Shown here: positions 1 through 9,639 of the stretch, piece after piece
How positions within the stretch are numbered: position 1 is the stretch's first letter
How the letters are laid out: each line of letters begins with the position of its first letter
Source of the DNA: an uncultured virus (IMG/VR IMGVR_UViG_3300008070_000002)
Taxonomy: Duplodnaviria; Heunggongvirae; Uroviricota; Caudoviricetes
DNA length: 64,000 nucleotides
Reading direction: 5' to 3' (one strand)
IMG/VR virus record: IMGVR_UViG_3300008070_000002
Coordinates: 1 to 64,000 of that record
Position numbers and translations under genes: made by a program
The notes under the pieces: generated by a model
What the model saw: the letters and a program-made list of their open reading frames with translations, nothing else
The model's database searches: none
What the model was told of the DNA's origin: nothing

Positions 1-293
1 TCTTCTATCGATGCGGTAGTCTTTGGAAATAACCTGCGTACTTTGCGGGTATCGACTTGTTCTAATCGATCGTATATTTTTATCGATAATTTACGATATT
101 CTTCTAGCTCAACTAACTCCACTTTTTTACTATCGTAACGCTTAGTTGAGTTAGCCCAGGTATACAAAGGTGCTGCCAGTACCTGTATATCGAACAGTTC
201 GCCATTAATTGCAACCAAGCGATCGGATATCTTCAATACGTAGTACCCGATAAATGCGCCGATAATCGTGATGGTTATCGCTGTGTAAATCAT
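1..293 (-). CDS. Partial hypothetical membrane-anchored protein (runs off the window start)
   Basis: ATG at 293 overlaps the stop of the upstream ORF (ATGA). Frame MIYTAITITIIGAFIGYYVLK... stays open to position 1, with an N-terminal hydrophobic helix. Confidence 0.7.
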   Translation of the reverse strand, partial: MIYTAITITIIGAFIGYYVLKISDRLVAINGELFDIQVLAAPLYTWANSTKRYDSKKVELVELEEYRKLSIKIYDRLEQVDTRKVRRLFPKTTASIE

Positions 294-820
294 TTTACCC
301 CCAACTGTTCTAAAGAACGGTCCATCCATTGGCGTGATGATATCATTCCATTGATAGCGATGGACATACCACGTTGTAGTGCTTCCGCTTTCTGATTAAC
401 TTCGATAAAGCTATCGAGCATCGTCTTAGATACACCCAATGTAAGGTCATCGGTAACGATATTCAGATTACGGATGAAGTGGTTAACGCGGCCAGCGTAC
501 GTATTGTTACCAAGCGTTGCGCGCAATACTAAAGCGTCGCATTTAACACCTGTGCCGCCACTGTAAGACACGCTGTAAACGCCCGTCACTGGATTAAAGA
601 TAAAACGCCGACCTTCCCCATGGCCTACCAGCACATCGCCTTCCGCTGCTAATTTAACAGCAATATCACCTTGCTCGGCAATAATAACAAACTCAAAACC
701 AACAAAATCTGTTAACTTTACAGGCACGTATTCGAATGGTTCTACAGCCTGTAGAACCACATCATCTTCTAAAACAACGCCGCTGTTAAAACCTTTCAAT
801 GGGATAGAAATAGAAATCAC
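290..820 (-). CDS. Hypothetical protein (likely early)
   Basis: 176-aa ORF, GTG start with GAGGAG RBS, directly downstream of the promoter motif. Confidence 0.8.
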   Translation of the reverse strand: MISISIPLKGFNSGVVLEDDVVLQAVEPFEYVPVKLTDFVGFEFVIIAEQGDIAVKLAAEGDVLVGHGEGRRFIFNPVTGVYSVSYSGGTGVKCDALVLRATLGNNTYAGRVNHFIRNLNIVTDDLTLGVSKTMLDSFIEVNQKAEALQRGMSIAINGMISSRQWMDRSLEQLGVK

Positions 821-854
821 AAATTACTCCTCGATAAATCAATAATATCGCTTA

Positions 855-872
855 GATAATATCTAATTGAAA
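855..872 (-). promoter_or_regulatory. Putative early (virion RNAP) promoter TTTCAATTAGATATTATC
   Basis: One of 8 intergenic copies. The 22-mer at 851-872 is identical to 60653-60674. Confidence 0.75.
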
Positions 873-962
873 CTAATTACGATGTTCGTCTATTTTCATA
901 GAGCCCACAAATGCACAGCCAAACGTCTCACGAAACTCTTCTTCAGACCAACATATTTCCAT
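873..962 (-). CDS. Small 29-aa ORF (MEICWSEEEFRETFGCAFVGSMKIDEHRN)
   Basis: TAAGGAG RBS just upstream of ATG. Exactly fills the gap between the upstream stop and the promoter motif. Confidence 0.55.
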   Translation of the reverse strand: MEICWSEEEFRETFGCAFVGSMKIDEHRN

Positions 963-971
963 AAAGACTCC

Positions 972-1457
972 TTAAAGCATTGGGATAGCGGTATTAATAA
1001 TTGAAGGGAGTGGTTCCTCGCTGTACATAACGTTATAACGTGGGCCATTTAACTGCATACAGCGTGTAACGATGGCTGGGTGTGGGCTAAAATACCAATC
1101 GCCAACTACCTCGTAATACCCGCTACCAATAAACATTCGACGAGCAATCTCACCAAACATGATAACCGCTGCCGGCAATACCTGTCGATTGCTAGGAATG
1201 GATTTAAGGGTTAATTCTACCCACGTGCGCATATTGCCGGATAATAGCGGTAGTTTGTTGTTAGGGATTACGTAAAGCATGAGTTGTATCATTTTACATA
1301 CAGCATCGTTACGATCACTCGTTTCACCGAGTAGCTTTCTTAACGCTTCTTCCTCGTACTGTAGATGAGGAATATCATGCACGATTTTGGTGATATCATA
1401 AAGCGTGTTGCGGGTAGGTCGACCCACCGCTGGTTTTAAGTAGAGTTTGGTACGCAT
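972..1457 (-). CDS. Hypothetical protein
   Basis: 161-aa ORF with AAGGAG RBS. Confidence 0.8.
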   Translation of the reverse strand: MRTKLYLKPAVGRPTRNTLYDITKIVHDIPHLQYEEEALRKLLGETSDRNDAVCKMIQLMLYVIPNNKLPLLSGNMRTWVELTLKSIPSNRQVLPAAVIMFGEIARRMFIGSGYYEVVGDWYFSPHPAIVTRCMQLNGPRYNVMYSEEPLPSIINTAIPML

Positions 1458-1507
1458 GTGGCGCTCCTTAGTTTACTATAGGTATAGTAGTGCGTGTTAC
1501 CAATAAC

Positions 1508-1545
1508 AGCATAAAAGGTTAAGAGAGGGCCGAAGCCCTCTCTTA
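1508..1545 (-). terminator. Rho-independent terminator (UUCG loop)
   Basis: Stem TAAGAGAGGGC/GCCCTCTCTTA, followed on the minus strand by TTTTATGCTG. Confidence 0.85.
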
Positions 1546-2037
1546 GATCTTACGTCCACGCAATGCATTCGCAGCATCCAGTGTTGTTTGTACACTGCCG
1601 CCGTACAATAAGCTAAGAGCAAAGGCCAGAGGGCCGAATACAATTAGCAGATTTTCAGTGCTTGGCATCACATCCGTCATGATATAACGGTAACCAATAA
1701 TACCGCCAAAGAAAAGCGATAGGATACCGGTTAACACCATAATGGCGTAAGCTGCCATGGAACGGGCTTTCGACTCAGGGCTATTGGTTAACGCGCTAGA
1801 AAGCTGCTGCCATGTTTGCCATTGCAACAATTCCTCATGAATATCCTTAAACAGGATGCGGTTAGCCAGCTCTTTGTCTTCCAAGCCATTGAGCTTATCG
1901 AGTACCGCTTTCGCGGTATCGGTAGGGAGCACGGGATCACCGACTGCAACTTCCACCCAGTCAGCAACAATATCACCAACCAGGTTAGCTCGCAGAGGTG
2001 TAGCCCCCTCTTGCATTAAGTACGCTTCTACAGTCAT
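1543..2037 (-). CDS. Membrane protein with two C-terminal transmembrane helices
   Basis: 164 aa, hydrophobic segments AAYAIMVLTGILSLFFGGIIGY and LLIVFGPLAFALSLLYGG. ATGA-coupled to ruvC. Confidence 0.75.
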   Translation of the reverse strand: MTVEAYLMQEGATPLRANLVGDIVADWVEVAVGDPVLPTDTAKAVLDKLNGLEDKELANRILFKDIHEELLQWQTWQQLSSALTNSPESKARSMAAYAIMVLTGILSLFFGGIIGYRYIMTDVMPSTENLLIVFGPLAFALSLLYGGSVQTTLDAANALRGRKI

Positions 2038-2693
2038 ACACCTACCTTTGCCATATAGACCGGTTTGCGGTCTAGTTTTTTACCCCGTTTGCCTTTACGC
2101 TTACGGGTTGATTCCACTGGATCTTTTAAAATCAGTGTGCGCAATGCCGCGTGGCAGACAGCAATGGCATCGTACGTGTGCTCATCAAAAGAACGGATTT
2201 CCACTGACGGCGCACAACGATCTTTGTACAAACCAATAACAGCACGGGCTACGTCGTCCTTGGTTGTTTTAACATGACTTACCCCTACGTTATTCTTAAC
2301 CGATACTGGGTCGAAACGATGTAAACGTAGCACGGGGCTATAACGCCATACAACGCCACGTAACGACTTGTGGAATTCAGTTAAGGATTCGTATGCACTA
2401 AGTTGGAACTTGCGCATAAAGGGGCTCTCAGCAGCGATTACGTTAGGGCACGCATCAATAAAGACGCGTTCTACTTCTCGAAGTAAAATACCCACACGTG
2501 TGTCACGCCGAGGAAGATTCGGATACTGGTGCTCAAAACGAGCTGCACCGTGATGACCTGTAAATGTACGACCGTATACAAGTCTAGGTTCGAGGGTATC
2601 GCAGTGCACGTCAACTATACCAATACCGAGTGTATCAGTACCAGGGTCAATGCCCACTATCCGAATATGATCCACACTTAGCGGTGGGATCAT
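2034..2693 (-). CDS. ruvC: RuvC-like Holliday junction resolvase
   Basis: IVGIDPGT N-terminal motif, IAAES glutamate and C-terminal HTYDAIAV acidic motif. Confidence 0.88.
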   Translation of the reverse strand: MIPPLSVDHIRIVGIDPGTDTLGIGIVDVHCDTLEPRLVYGRTFTGHHGAARFEHQYPNLPRRDTRVGILLREVERVFIDACPNVIAAESPFMRKFQLSAYESLTEFHKSLRGVVWRYSPVLRLHRFDPVSVKNNVGVSHVKTTKDDVARAVIGLYKDRCAPSVEIRSFDEHTYDAIAVCHAALRTLILKDPVESTRKRKGKRGKKLDRKPVYMAKVGV

Positions 2694-3586
2694 TAGCTGA
2701 CAGTAGCACCGGTGTCAACAGGCATTGGTTCAGTCTGACCAATCACCACATCGTAACCGATTTCTACGTTAGAAAGTGCTGCTGAGTTAAAGCTATTCAG
2801 GAAAACGATCGCTTGCAAACCAGCGACTTCCATGTACTGGAAAGCTGAGGAAGTGAATGATTCACCAGTTGCAATATGATCCACACCAGAGCAGAGAATG
2901 AACTCAGAGACGATTGCCTTGCGAGGGTCTTTGTATTTGATCTTAGCAACGTTAATCAGTTCTTTAATATCATTCTCATCCAACGTCATCTTAATCGTGG
3001 CGTTAGTGTACACGTACTTACCATCGGCCAGTACAATTTGATCGGTTACGTCAAAATTGTAGTTAGGTAATACCGGTGGCTTAGAGTGCAGATGCGCGTC
3101 GGTGTAATAAAACTCTTTTACTGTTTGCACGCCGTCACTTACAGTCAGCTCCCAATCTTGGGTAGTTACTGTAGAGTGATCTAAGCGTTTAGCGTAATAC
3201 GCCCAATACTGCTGGTTATCGTGTACTTCCAGTGTACGTAGCGCGTAGTTACCACGGATGGAATCAGCCAGATCGTTCGCTACTGGACGAAGTACAAACG
3301 GGATAGGCCCCCATGCACCGACGTCGGTTGGGCGGTGCTGAACTGGAAAAGGGATGATCAGTGTCGGGTCAGACATATCAACGCTATGGCCACGGTTACC
3401 GATAGTCATGTAACGCGCTTCTGGCTTTTGATCAGAACCGGGTTTTAAGTCGGTCATGATGTTCAGCTGCTCGTTAATGGTCGAGCGCTCTGGTAGCGAA
3501 TTGGGTCTACCTAAAATCAGGTTAGTCTGAACACGCAAACCGTTTAGCGTGTTCGTTACTACCTTCGCATCAATATTTGTATCCAC
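2693..3586 (-). CDS. Putative virion structural protein (phiKZ-like conserved)
   Basis: 297 aa, in a structural operon. IGNRGH, IPFVLR and YYAKR motifs recalled from phiKZ-like virion proteins. Confidence 0.6.
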   Translation of the reverse strand: MDTNIDAKVVTNTLNGLRVQTNLILGRPNSLPERSTINEQLNIMTDLKPGSDQKPEARYMTIGNRGHSVDMSDPTLIIPFPVQHRPTDVGAWGPIPFVLRPVANDLADSIRGNYALRTLEVHDNQQYWAYYAKRLDHSTVTTQDWELTVSDGVQTVKEFYYTDAHLHSKPPVLPNYNFDVTDQIVLADGKYVYTNATIKMTLDENDIKELINVAKIKYKDPRKAIVSEFILCSGVDHIATGESFTSSAFQYMEVAGLQAIVFLNSFNSAALSNVEIGYDVVIGQTEPMPVDTGATVS

Positions 3587-3598
3587 TTATTATACCTC

Positions 3599-4105
3599 TT
3601 AGTATGGACGATAGAAACCATCCAGTAGCGTGTTCATTCCAGTAAACCGTGGCTTCGGTGCATCACCATTCTTAATCACGATGTAACCTTTATACATCAA
3701 CGATGTACGGGCAATCGTTAAGATACAGTTACCGTTAGCATCCACCTGCAGGTAGTCACGGACCACGTCACGCTCGGTTAAATTAATCCCAAGCTGCTGG
3801 AGTATGAGTGGGAATAAATCGGTTGTGTAGACATAGTCTGCCAAATGCACAGTCAGTGTTTTATTATTCGTCCACAGATTCACGTTAATACGGTTATAGT
3901 AAAACGTCATACGGCCACTGAATGTAGCCGTCTTGGTACCGTAAATCTGGGTGGCGGTGTCTTTTCCATAAAGGGTAGTATCCTTCGGATAACCCACGGC
4001 GATGGAGTAGTCAGACGATTTTAAATTTACACCAGGGTTTTCCTGGTTGATCAAATTGGTTAATATGTCAACCGGGAGCTGGGTGGTATCGACCAAATAG
4101 GCCAT
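3599..4105 (-). CDS. Putative virion (tail/baseplate) structural protein
   Basis: 168 aa. F-S-G...Y-N-R-I and SLMYKG patterns typical of jumbo-phage tail-associated paralogues. Confidence 0.6.
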   Translation of the reverse strand: MAYLVDTTQLPVDILTNLINQENPGVNLKSSDYSIAVGYPKDTTLYGKDTATQIYGTKTATFSGRMTFYYNRINVNLWTNNKTLTVHLADYVYTTDLFPLILQQLGINLTERDVVRDYLQVDANGNCILTIARTSLMYKGYIVIKNGDAPKPRFTGMNTLLDGFYRPY

Positions 4106-4153
4106 GAGGTGCTCCTAAGATAAAGAAAACTAACATAGAATGTGTGGGCTATT

Positions 4154-6319
4154 TTAAATTACCAGGTACTTATACAGGTCGTAATTTCCTTGGCGTAAAA
4201 TAGCGTAAGTCGAGTCACCACGATTTGCTGCATGCGTGATGGTAACAGTTGGCAGAATAACTGACAGCACTGATGCGTTCTTGTTAGATAACTTCGCCGA
4301 AACCGAGATATCCACATTTGCCACGTGTTTTACCACGTCACGGAAATCCTTTATTTCAGCAAATAGCGGCCGCGTTACCAACGACCCCACCGCTGTCTTC
4401 TTCTGTAGAATCGATGTTACTGCCGGAACGTTTACAGTGGACGCCCCTTTAGAGGTTTCCAGCGTTTGATCGGCAATAACCACCAGTGGGTTACCGGCGG
4501 TTGAGTCCGACGAAGCCATCTCTTCAATAAACTGAATAGAATAACTACTAACCCGTTTAATCGCCTTCACTAACGCCGCTTGAATTTCGCTAATCGACAT
4601 GGTGGTACGGCTGCTGAAATTAGAAGCAGCATCCAAGCATGTTGTTGCTAAATCTACCCACGTATCATTATACATCAGCGAGGTATCTAAACCGATATAG
4701 GTAAAGAATTCCTCGTAGTTACTATAATACGGAGACGTAAACGTACAGCGGATATCCGCATAGCTTTGGCGGTACATTAAACGCCGTGCGGCATTCTGAG
4801 AAAAACGATGTGAACTATTGGAATACTGGTGACGCAACCGTTTTCGCGTGTTAATGGTGTCAGCCACGTTCAGGAAATCGTCGCTGTCTAAAATTGCCTG
4901 CTCTAGGATGAATGTCGTTTTATCAAACATCTCGATATCGGCATCAAAAACACCAAACGGATCATCAGGTAACTGATAGCGGTATTCTTTCTCAGTCAAA
5001 TAACGCAGCTTGGCTACACCAAGTGCTGGGAAGACCGGCAGTTTGGTCATTCCGAATTCATACACACCTTCCATGTGTGCATAAATAAACAGAACGAACA
5101 GATCGCTCATGTTGAGCTTCATGTTATCGCCGGTAATCGGGTTGATCACATCCGCTGTTGCACTGTAAAGCCCCTTTACAGCAAAATATGCCCAATGTGC
5201 AATCACTGTATCCAAGAGTTTGATTGGGTTAATATCTTCAGGGTCTACTGCAGCTGCTTCCACTATTTTAGTAGGCAACTTAGACACACCGCTGTAACTA
5301 CCCAGATCTTCCGTTTCCGTCATGTATGTGGATAGATTCTTTGCGTTATCCACAGCTTCCGATGACTCTTTGTTTAAAACCGTGAGTAGTGACAATTCTT
5401 CCACAGTCGATGCCAATGCATCCGTGTTGAAGTTTACCGCATCACGAACAAATACCGGCTCTGGTGTTAGCACCCCGTTTGCCACATCCATATCTTTCTG
5501 CTGAAGGATGTATTTATACACTGGGATGTTACGTGCTGTTAGCAGGTTTTTAATCAGCAGATCAAACGTGTGTTGAAAACCACCATGGCGTTCGATGTAT
5601 GCAATGTTCATGTACAACCATATTTTTTGGTTGTACGTCATATAAGGGATGAATTCGGCCATCCTATTATGTGAAGCAAGGTACTGCGTGATATGAAAAC
5701 TATGTGCTTCTGCAGTACGCTGAGCTTTATTACGCAGTGATCCGACTACTTTAACCAGCGTGGTCGCCAGCGTACCCAGCACAGCTGCCGGGTAGAGATT
5801 ATCTGTTAGTAGATAACTCTCCATCACGTAGCGGCTTAGAAAGCCTTTAATGAATTGTTCTAACTGAAGGATCAAGTTAGTTTCTTGGGCTTCTACGTAT
5901 TTCGGATCGTAATAAAGAATCGTCCCCTCGGCAGCGGCAATAGCAGTTGCTTTATCGATCGGACGCAGTATCCCTTTAATTAACACAGACTGCTTTGGAT
6001 ACTTCTCTAACAGCGCATCTAAGAAAGACTGTCTGTTAATATAAACATTGTATGTTTTCTTATGAATCTTCAAGTTAGCACGGGTGAATTCGATGGATTC
6101 TCCGGTGTCTAATGAAGTAATGAAAATTGGTGTATCCAGCTGATGATACTCGCCAGCTAGATTCATGTAATACTTCCACTGCATTAGGTCGCCAGGGATC
6201 GTCTTTTTATAGTCGGTCAACTCACGGTTCATTGCACGTGCAATCAGGTCGCTTTTAAAGACTAATGACCGTATTAGTCCAAAACAACTATCGACGTATA
6301 TTTTGTAATACGCGTTCAT
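4154..6319 (-). CDS. Virion structural protein (phiKZ gp128-like)
   Basis: WKYYMNLAGEYH motif, divergent from the portal gene. Start moved to ATG 6319 (MNAYYK) to avoid overlap with the portal. Confidence 0.7.
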   Translation of the reverse strand: MNAYYKIYVDSCFGLIRSLVFKSDLIARAMNRELTDYKKTIPGDLMQWKYYMNLAGEYHQLDTPIFITSLDTGESIEFTRANLKIHKKTYNVYINRQSFLDALLEKYPKQSVLIKGILRPIDKATAIAAAEGTILYYDPKYVEAQETNLILQLEQFIKGFLSRYVMESYLLTDNLYPAAVLGTLATTLVKVVGSLRNKAQRTAEAHSFHITQYLASHNRMAEFIPYMTYNQKIWLYMNIAYIERHGGFQHTFDLLIKNLLTARNIPVYKYILQQKDMDVANGVLTPEPVFVRDAVNFNTDALASTVEELSLLTVLNKESSEAVDNAKNLSTYMTETEDLGSYSGVSKLPTKIVEAAAVDPEDINPIKLLDTVIAHWAYFAVKGLYSATADVINPITGDNMKLNMSDLFVLFIYAHMEGVYEFGMTKLPVFPALGVAKLRYLTEKEYRYQLPDDPFGVFDADIEMFDKTTFILEQAILDSDDFLNVADTINTRKRLRHQYSNSSHRFSQNAARRLMYRQSYADIRCTFTSPYYSNYEEFFTYIGLDTSLMYNDTWVDLATTCLDAASNFSSRTTMSISEIQAALVKAIKRVSSYSIQFIEEMASSDSTAGNPLVVIADQTLETSKGASTVNVPAVTSILQKKTAVGSLVTRPLFAEIKDFRDVVKHVANVDISVSAKLSNKNASVLSVILPTVTITHAANRGDSTYAILRQGNYDLYKYLVI

Positions 6320-6342
6320 ATTTGTCTTCCAGAGGATAAAAA

Positions 6343-9162
6343 ATGGATAAAAAACCAACCGGGCTTCGGCCTTTCGCTCGCCGCCAACAAGGTCGCAGTG
6401 CATTGGTCAATAAGCTCATTCGTCCACGTGGTTCAATGGCGTCATCAAGCACCACACCAAAAGTAAATATTCCTCAGCAGCATGAGCTTGTTCCTTTTGT
6501 ACGAGAGAACATGCAGCGGGTTATGGACGGTGAAAACGTTCTGGAAGTATTACCAGAACTTGAGTACGTTGCAGATATCGTAATCTCTGGTATGTTATCT
6601 ACCAAAGATTTGATCACCTGTAGTTTAAACTACGATAGTGACACTCAGGCTATCGACCCTGACTTAAAAGCAGAATTACTGCGGGAAGTTCGCCGTTTCT
6701 TTACAACGAAGTATCCCATCAGTGATAAGCTCTATGAAGTGCTGTACGATACATTGTTTCGTACTGGCTCGTACGCTTTGGCTATTATCCCAGAGTCTTC
6801 TGTTGATCGTATTATCAACGAAGGTGGTAAAATTGGTTTAGAGCATCAAACGGAAATAGCCGAAAGCTTTAAAACGCTGGGTCTTATCGGTGATCCGAAT
6901 AAAGCTGAAACAGAGAAAGTCGGGATTGAGTCCTACTTTGCTGGTTTATCAACGTCTGGGGATAAAGTACCTAGTTATGTGGTTACGATCAACGCGGGTG
7001 AAGTGGAGCCTTCGGGCGACTATGCCAGTGAATTTAAATTTCATCTGACGGATAACCCGGATGTTTTGAAGATCCCACGGTTGAATAAAAACCGGGCCCA
7101 GGCGGACGTTACGGCCACATATAATAACCTGCGTGGCGGCATCGGTCTGGAACGTGTAAATGACTTTCAGTATTTTGATAAGGACATTTACAAACAGCGC
7201 AGCTATGGGATGAAAGCGGTGGACGAGGTACGTCCAGTAGAACACAGCGGTAGACATACAGTTGGCCACCCGTTGGATATGCATATTCCGTCTGAAGCCG
7301 TGATACTGTGCCATACCCCAGGGGATTTCTCTGATCCTATCGGTGCGTTTGTTGTGTTAGACGAACAAGGTATGCCAGTCACTCGGTTTAGCCGCTTCTG
7401 GAATGCTTCCGCAAATGCTTGGATTATGGGTAATGCATCTTCTCAGTTAATTCAAGATGCTGCGGTTGGTATGGGCGTACGTCGCGATGATGATCCACTG
7501 CGTGAATGGACTATGTCAAAACTGCAAGATACATTTGCAGAATTAACTGAAGCGAAGTTAACGCAGGCACTGAAGAATGGGAAAGGCAATGCGCCGATGG
7601 CAATCGTACGTCCTGATCACGTTTATCGGATTATGATGGCACGTGCCCTGGCTCGTAAGTCAACTCAGATTCTGTATATTCCAGCAGAGCAATTTGTGTA
7701 CTTTGCAATGGATTATACACCCGATGGTGTTGGTCGTTCCCGTTTGGATAAGACGCGTATTATTTCTACCATTCGTTCTTCGTTTGCATTAGCTACCATG
7801 CAGGCCACTATCCTTAATGCGTCGCGTAATGTGAAGCTCTCGGTGAAACTGACACCAGAGGATAGAAACGGTGAGAAAACCGTTGAGAATGCCGTACAGC
7901 GCGTTATGGAGCAGTACCTGTCTGGTATACCATACAGCGGTAAACCAGATGACGTGTTAGCGTACATCGCCAATGCGGGGATTGATGTTCAAGTAGAAGG
8001 TAACGATTACTACCCATCAACAGAAATTGATGTTCAGGAAAACCAACCGGATTATAAAATCCCGGATGCAGAACTCGATGAAGCGTTCTTAAAGAAACAA
8101 GCACGTAGTATGGGTGCTGACCCTGACTTGGTTATTAATCCAGAAAGCATTGAGTTTGCTTCGCAGATTACTACCAAGAACGTGTTCAATGCAAAACGCA
8201 TCTGTCAAGACCAGAAACTACTGGCTCCAATCATCACTCATTGGGCTCAAACCTATATTTATAGCGATGGTGCACTGATTGACGATCTGACCGATATTGT
8301 GTTGAAGTTTTATGATGGGAAAGCGAAGGAAGGTTCTACGGACCCAGTAGCCTTGGAATTCTTTACAGAAGGGGCTGTCACTAATGACGGTCGTATTGAA
8401 GAAGAGGTGGAAGAGACCAAGGAAGTTAGAGATGCAAATACACCAAACGACAAACGCAATCTGAATCAACTGGTTAGTAAAATCCTCAGTATTTTTACAG
8501 GCAATTTAAAAGTTACATTACCTGAACCAGATACTGGTAAACTGAACAGTCAGATGGAGTTGTTTGATAAGCGGATGGAAAGTGTTGATAAACAGCTGGA
8601 GAAAATCTTGCCGGATGGGTTGTATACCGGTACGGTTTACGAAGGTCAAGAAAACACAATGCGTACGCTCATCAGTTCTGTATTGGCATACCGTTGGCTG
8701 TCTGAAAACGACGTTGACCCTGACTTGTTGGAACTCTTTGGTGATGATCCAGATAAACTGAACGAGGTACTGAAACGCGTGAGCGATGCAGTATTAGGCC
8801 GTACTGAATCCATTGTACGTATTACTAAGAAATTGGAGAAGGGAATGGAATCCATGGCGACACGCCTCAACGTGGAACCTGACTCGGAAACCAATTACGG
8901 TAAGACGTTTGGTGGTGGAAACAGCGGTGGGTCTGACAGTGGATTCGGTGAAGAAGAAAACCAAGAAGGTGGGGATGAGTTTGGATTTGGTGATTTTGAC
9001 GATGGTTCTACGGATGATACCAACCAAGAACCTGAAGACGAGAGCACTCAAACAGACGAAGATAAAACCCCGTCTGATGATTTACCTGAACCTCCCGATG
9101 CGCCACCTCCACCTGGCGATGAAGCCGGTGGTGACGAAGAACAACCAAGTAGTGTTGAATAA
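6343..9162 (+). CDS. Portal protein (phiKZ gp129-like)
   Basis: 939 aa, divergent from the gp128-like gene as in phiKZ. Contains GLE/GIE maturation sites and an acidic disordered C-terminus. Confidence 0.7.
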   Translation: MDKKPTGLRPFARRQQGRSALVNKLIRPRGSMASSSTTPKVNIPQQHELVPFVRENMQRVMDGENVLEVLPELEYVADIVISGMLSTKDLITCSLNYDSDTQAIDPDLKAELLREVRRFFTTKYPISDKLYEVLYDTLFRTGSYALAIIPESSVDRIINEGGKIGLEHQTEIAESFKTLGLIGDPNKAETEKVGIESYFAGLSTSGDKVPSYVVTINAGEVEPSGDYASEFKFHLTDNPDVLKIPRLNKNRAQADVTATYNNLRGGIGLERVNDFQYFDKDIYKQRSYGMKAVDEVRPVEHSGRHTVGHPLDMHIPSEAVILCHTPGDFSDPIGAFVVLDEQGMPVTRFSRFWNASANAWIMGNASSQLIQDAAVGMGVRRDDDPLREWTMSKLQDTFAELTEAKLTQALKNGKGNAPMAIVRPDHVYRIMMARALARKSTQILYIPAEQFVYFAMDYTPDGVGRSRLDKTRIISTIRSSFALATMQATILNASRNVKLSVKLTPEDRNGEKTVENAVQRVMEQYLSGIPYSGKPDDVLAYIANAGIDVQVEGNDYYPSTEIDVQENQPDYKIPDAELDEAFLKKQARSMGADPDLVINPESIEFASQITTKNVFNAKRICQDQKLLAPIITHWAQTYIYSDGALIDDLTDIVLKFYDGKAKEGSTDPVALEFFTEGAVTNDGRIEEEVEETKEVRDANTPNDKRNLNQLVSKILSIFTGNLKVTLPEPDTGKLNSQMELFDKRMESVDKQLEKILPDGLYTGTVYEGQENTMRTLISSVLAYRWLSENDVDPDLLELFGDDPDKLNEVLKRVSDAVLGRTESIVRITKKLEKGMESMATRLNVEPDSETNYGKTFGGGNSGGSDSGFGEEENQEGGDEFGFGDFDDGSTDDTNQEPEDESTQTDEDKTPSDDLPEPPDAPPPPGDEAGGDEEQPSSVE

Positions 9163-9163
9163 T

Positions 9164-9200
9164 TTAAGTAGCCCTTCGGGGCTACTTAATCTTTTATGCG
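9164..9200 (+). terminator. Rho-independent terminator after the portal gene
   Basis: TTAAGTAGCCC-TTCG-GGGCTACTTAA followed by CTTTTATGC. Confidence 0.85.
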
Positions 9201-9581
9201 CTCACAGTCTGTATATATAATAGACATAATTGGGTTATCACCGGAACGCTCTTGATACCCATCGCAGAATGTCCGCACTACACTAATATCAATTGCAGCT
9301 CCGTTACCTATCCCAAGCGTCCAAGCCATACGTCCATGTGGCTTTTCTTCTGGCCCATCAACCAAAGTACCAAAGTCACCAAAACATAGCCGCATGCGCT
9401 CAGCCATTGCGTTTACGAGCAATGCACCAGCTACTGCTTTGTCTGTCCACGGTACTGCTATTAAATCAAAGTCAGATGAAACTGAACCATGTATGGCTAA
9501 CGCATAACCATGTTCACGAGCAATCTCTGATAACACTGGATACATTGACACGTAGGCAGGTGCAAACGTTGCTTTCTTCAT
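9186..9581 (-). CDS. Small nucleotidyltransferase-fold-like protein
   Basis: HGSVSSDFDLIAVP resembles the Pol-beta NTase GS..DxD motif. Start taken at ATG 9581 because the longer start lies inside a terminator hairpin. Confidence 0.55.
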   Translation of the reverse strand: MKKATFAPAYVSMYPVLSEIAREHGYALAIHGSVSSDFDLIAVPWTDKAVAGALLVNAMAERMRLCFGDFGTLVDGPEEKPHGRMAWTLGIGNGAAIDISVVRTFCDGYQERSGDNPIMSIIYTDCERIKD

Positions 9582-9599
9582 TCTTTTTTCTCCGGAAAC

Positions 9600-9636
9600 A
9601 AAAAAAACGGTAGTGGCTTCGGCCACTACCGTTTTT
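9600..9636. terminator. Bidirectional Rho-independent terminator
   Basis: A-run, CGGTAGTGGC-TTCG-GCCACTACCG, T-run. Confidence 0.85.
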
Positions 9637-9639
9637 AAA

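Noticed and set aside
1543..2037. Holin call for the two-TM protein
   Set aside because: No adjacent endolysin, and topology alone is insufficient.
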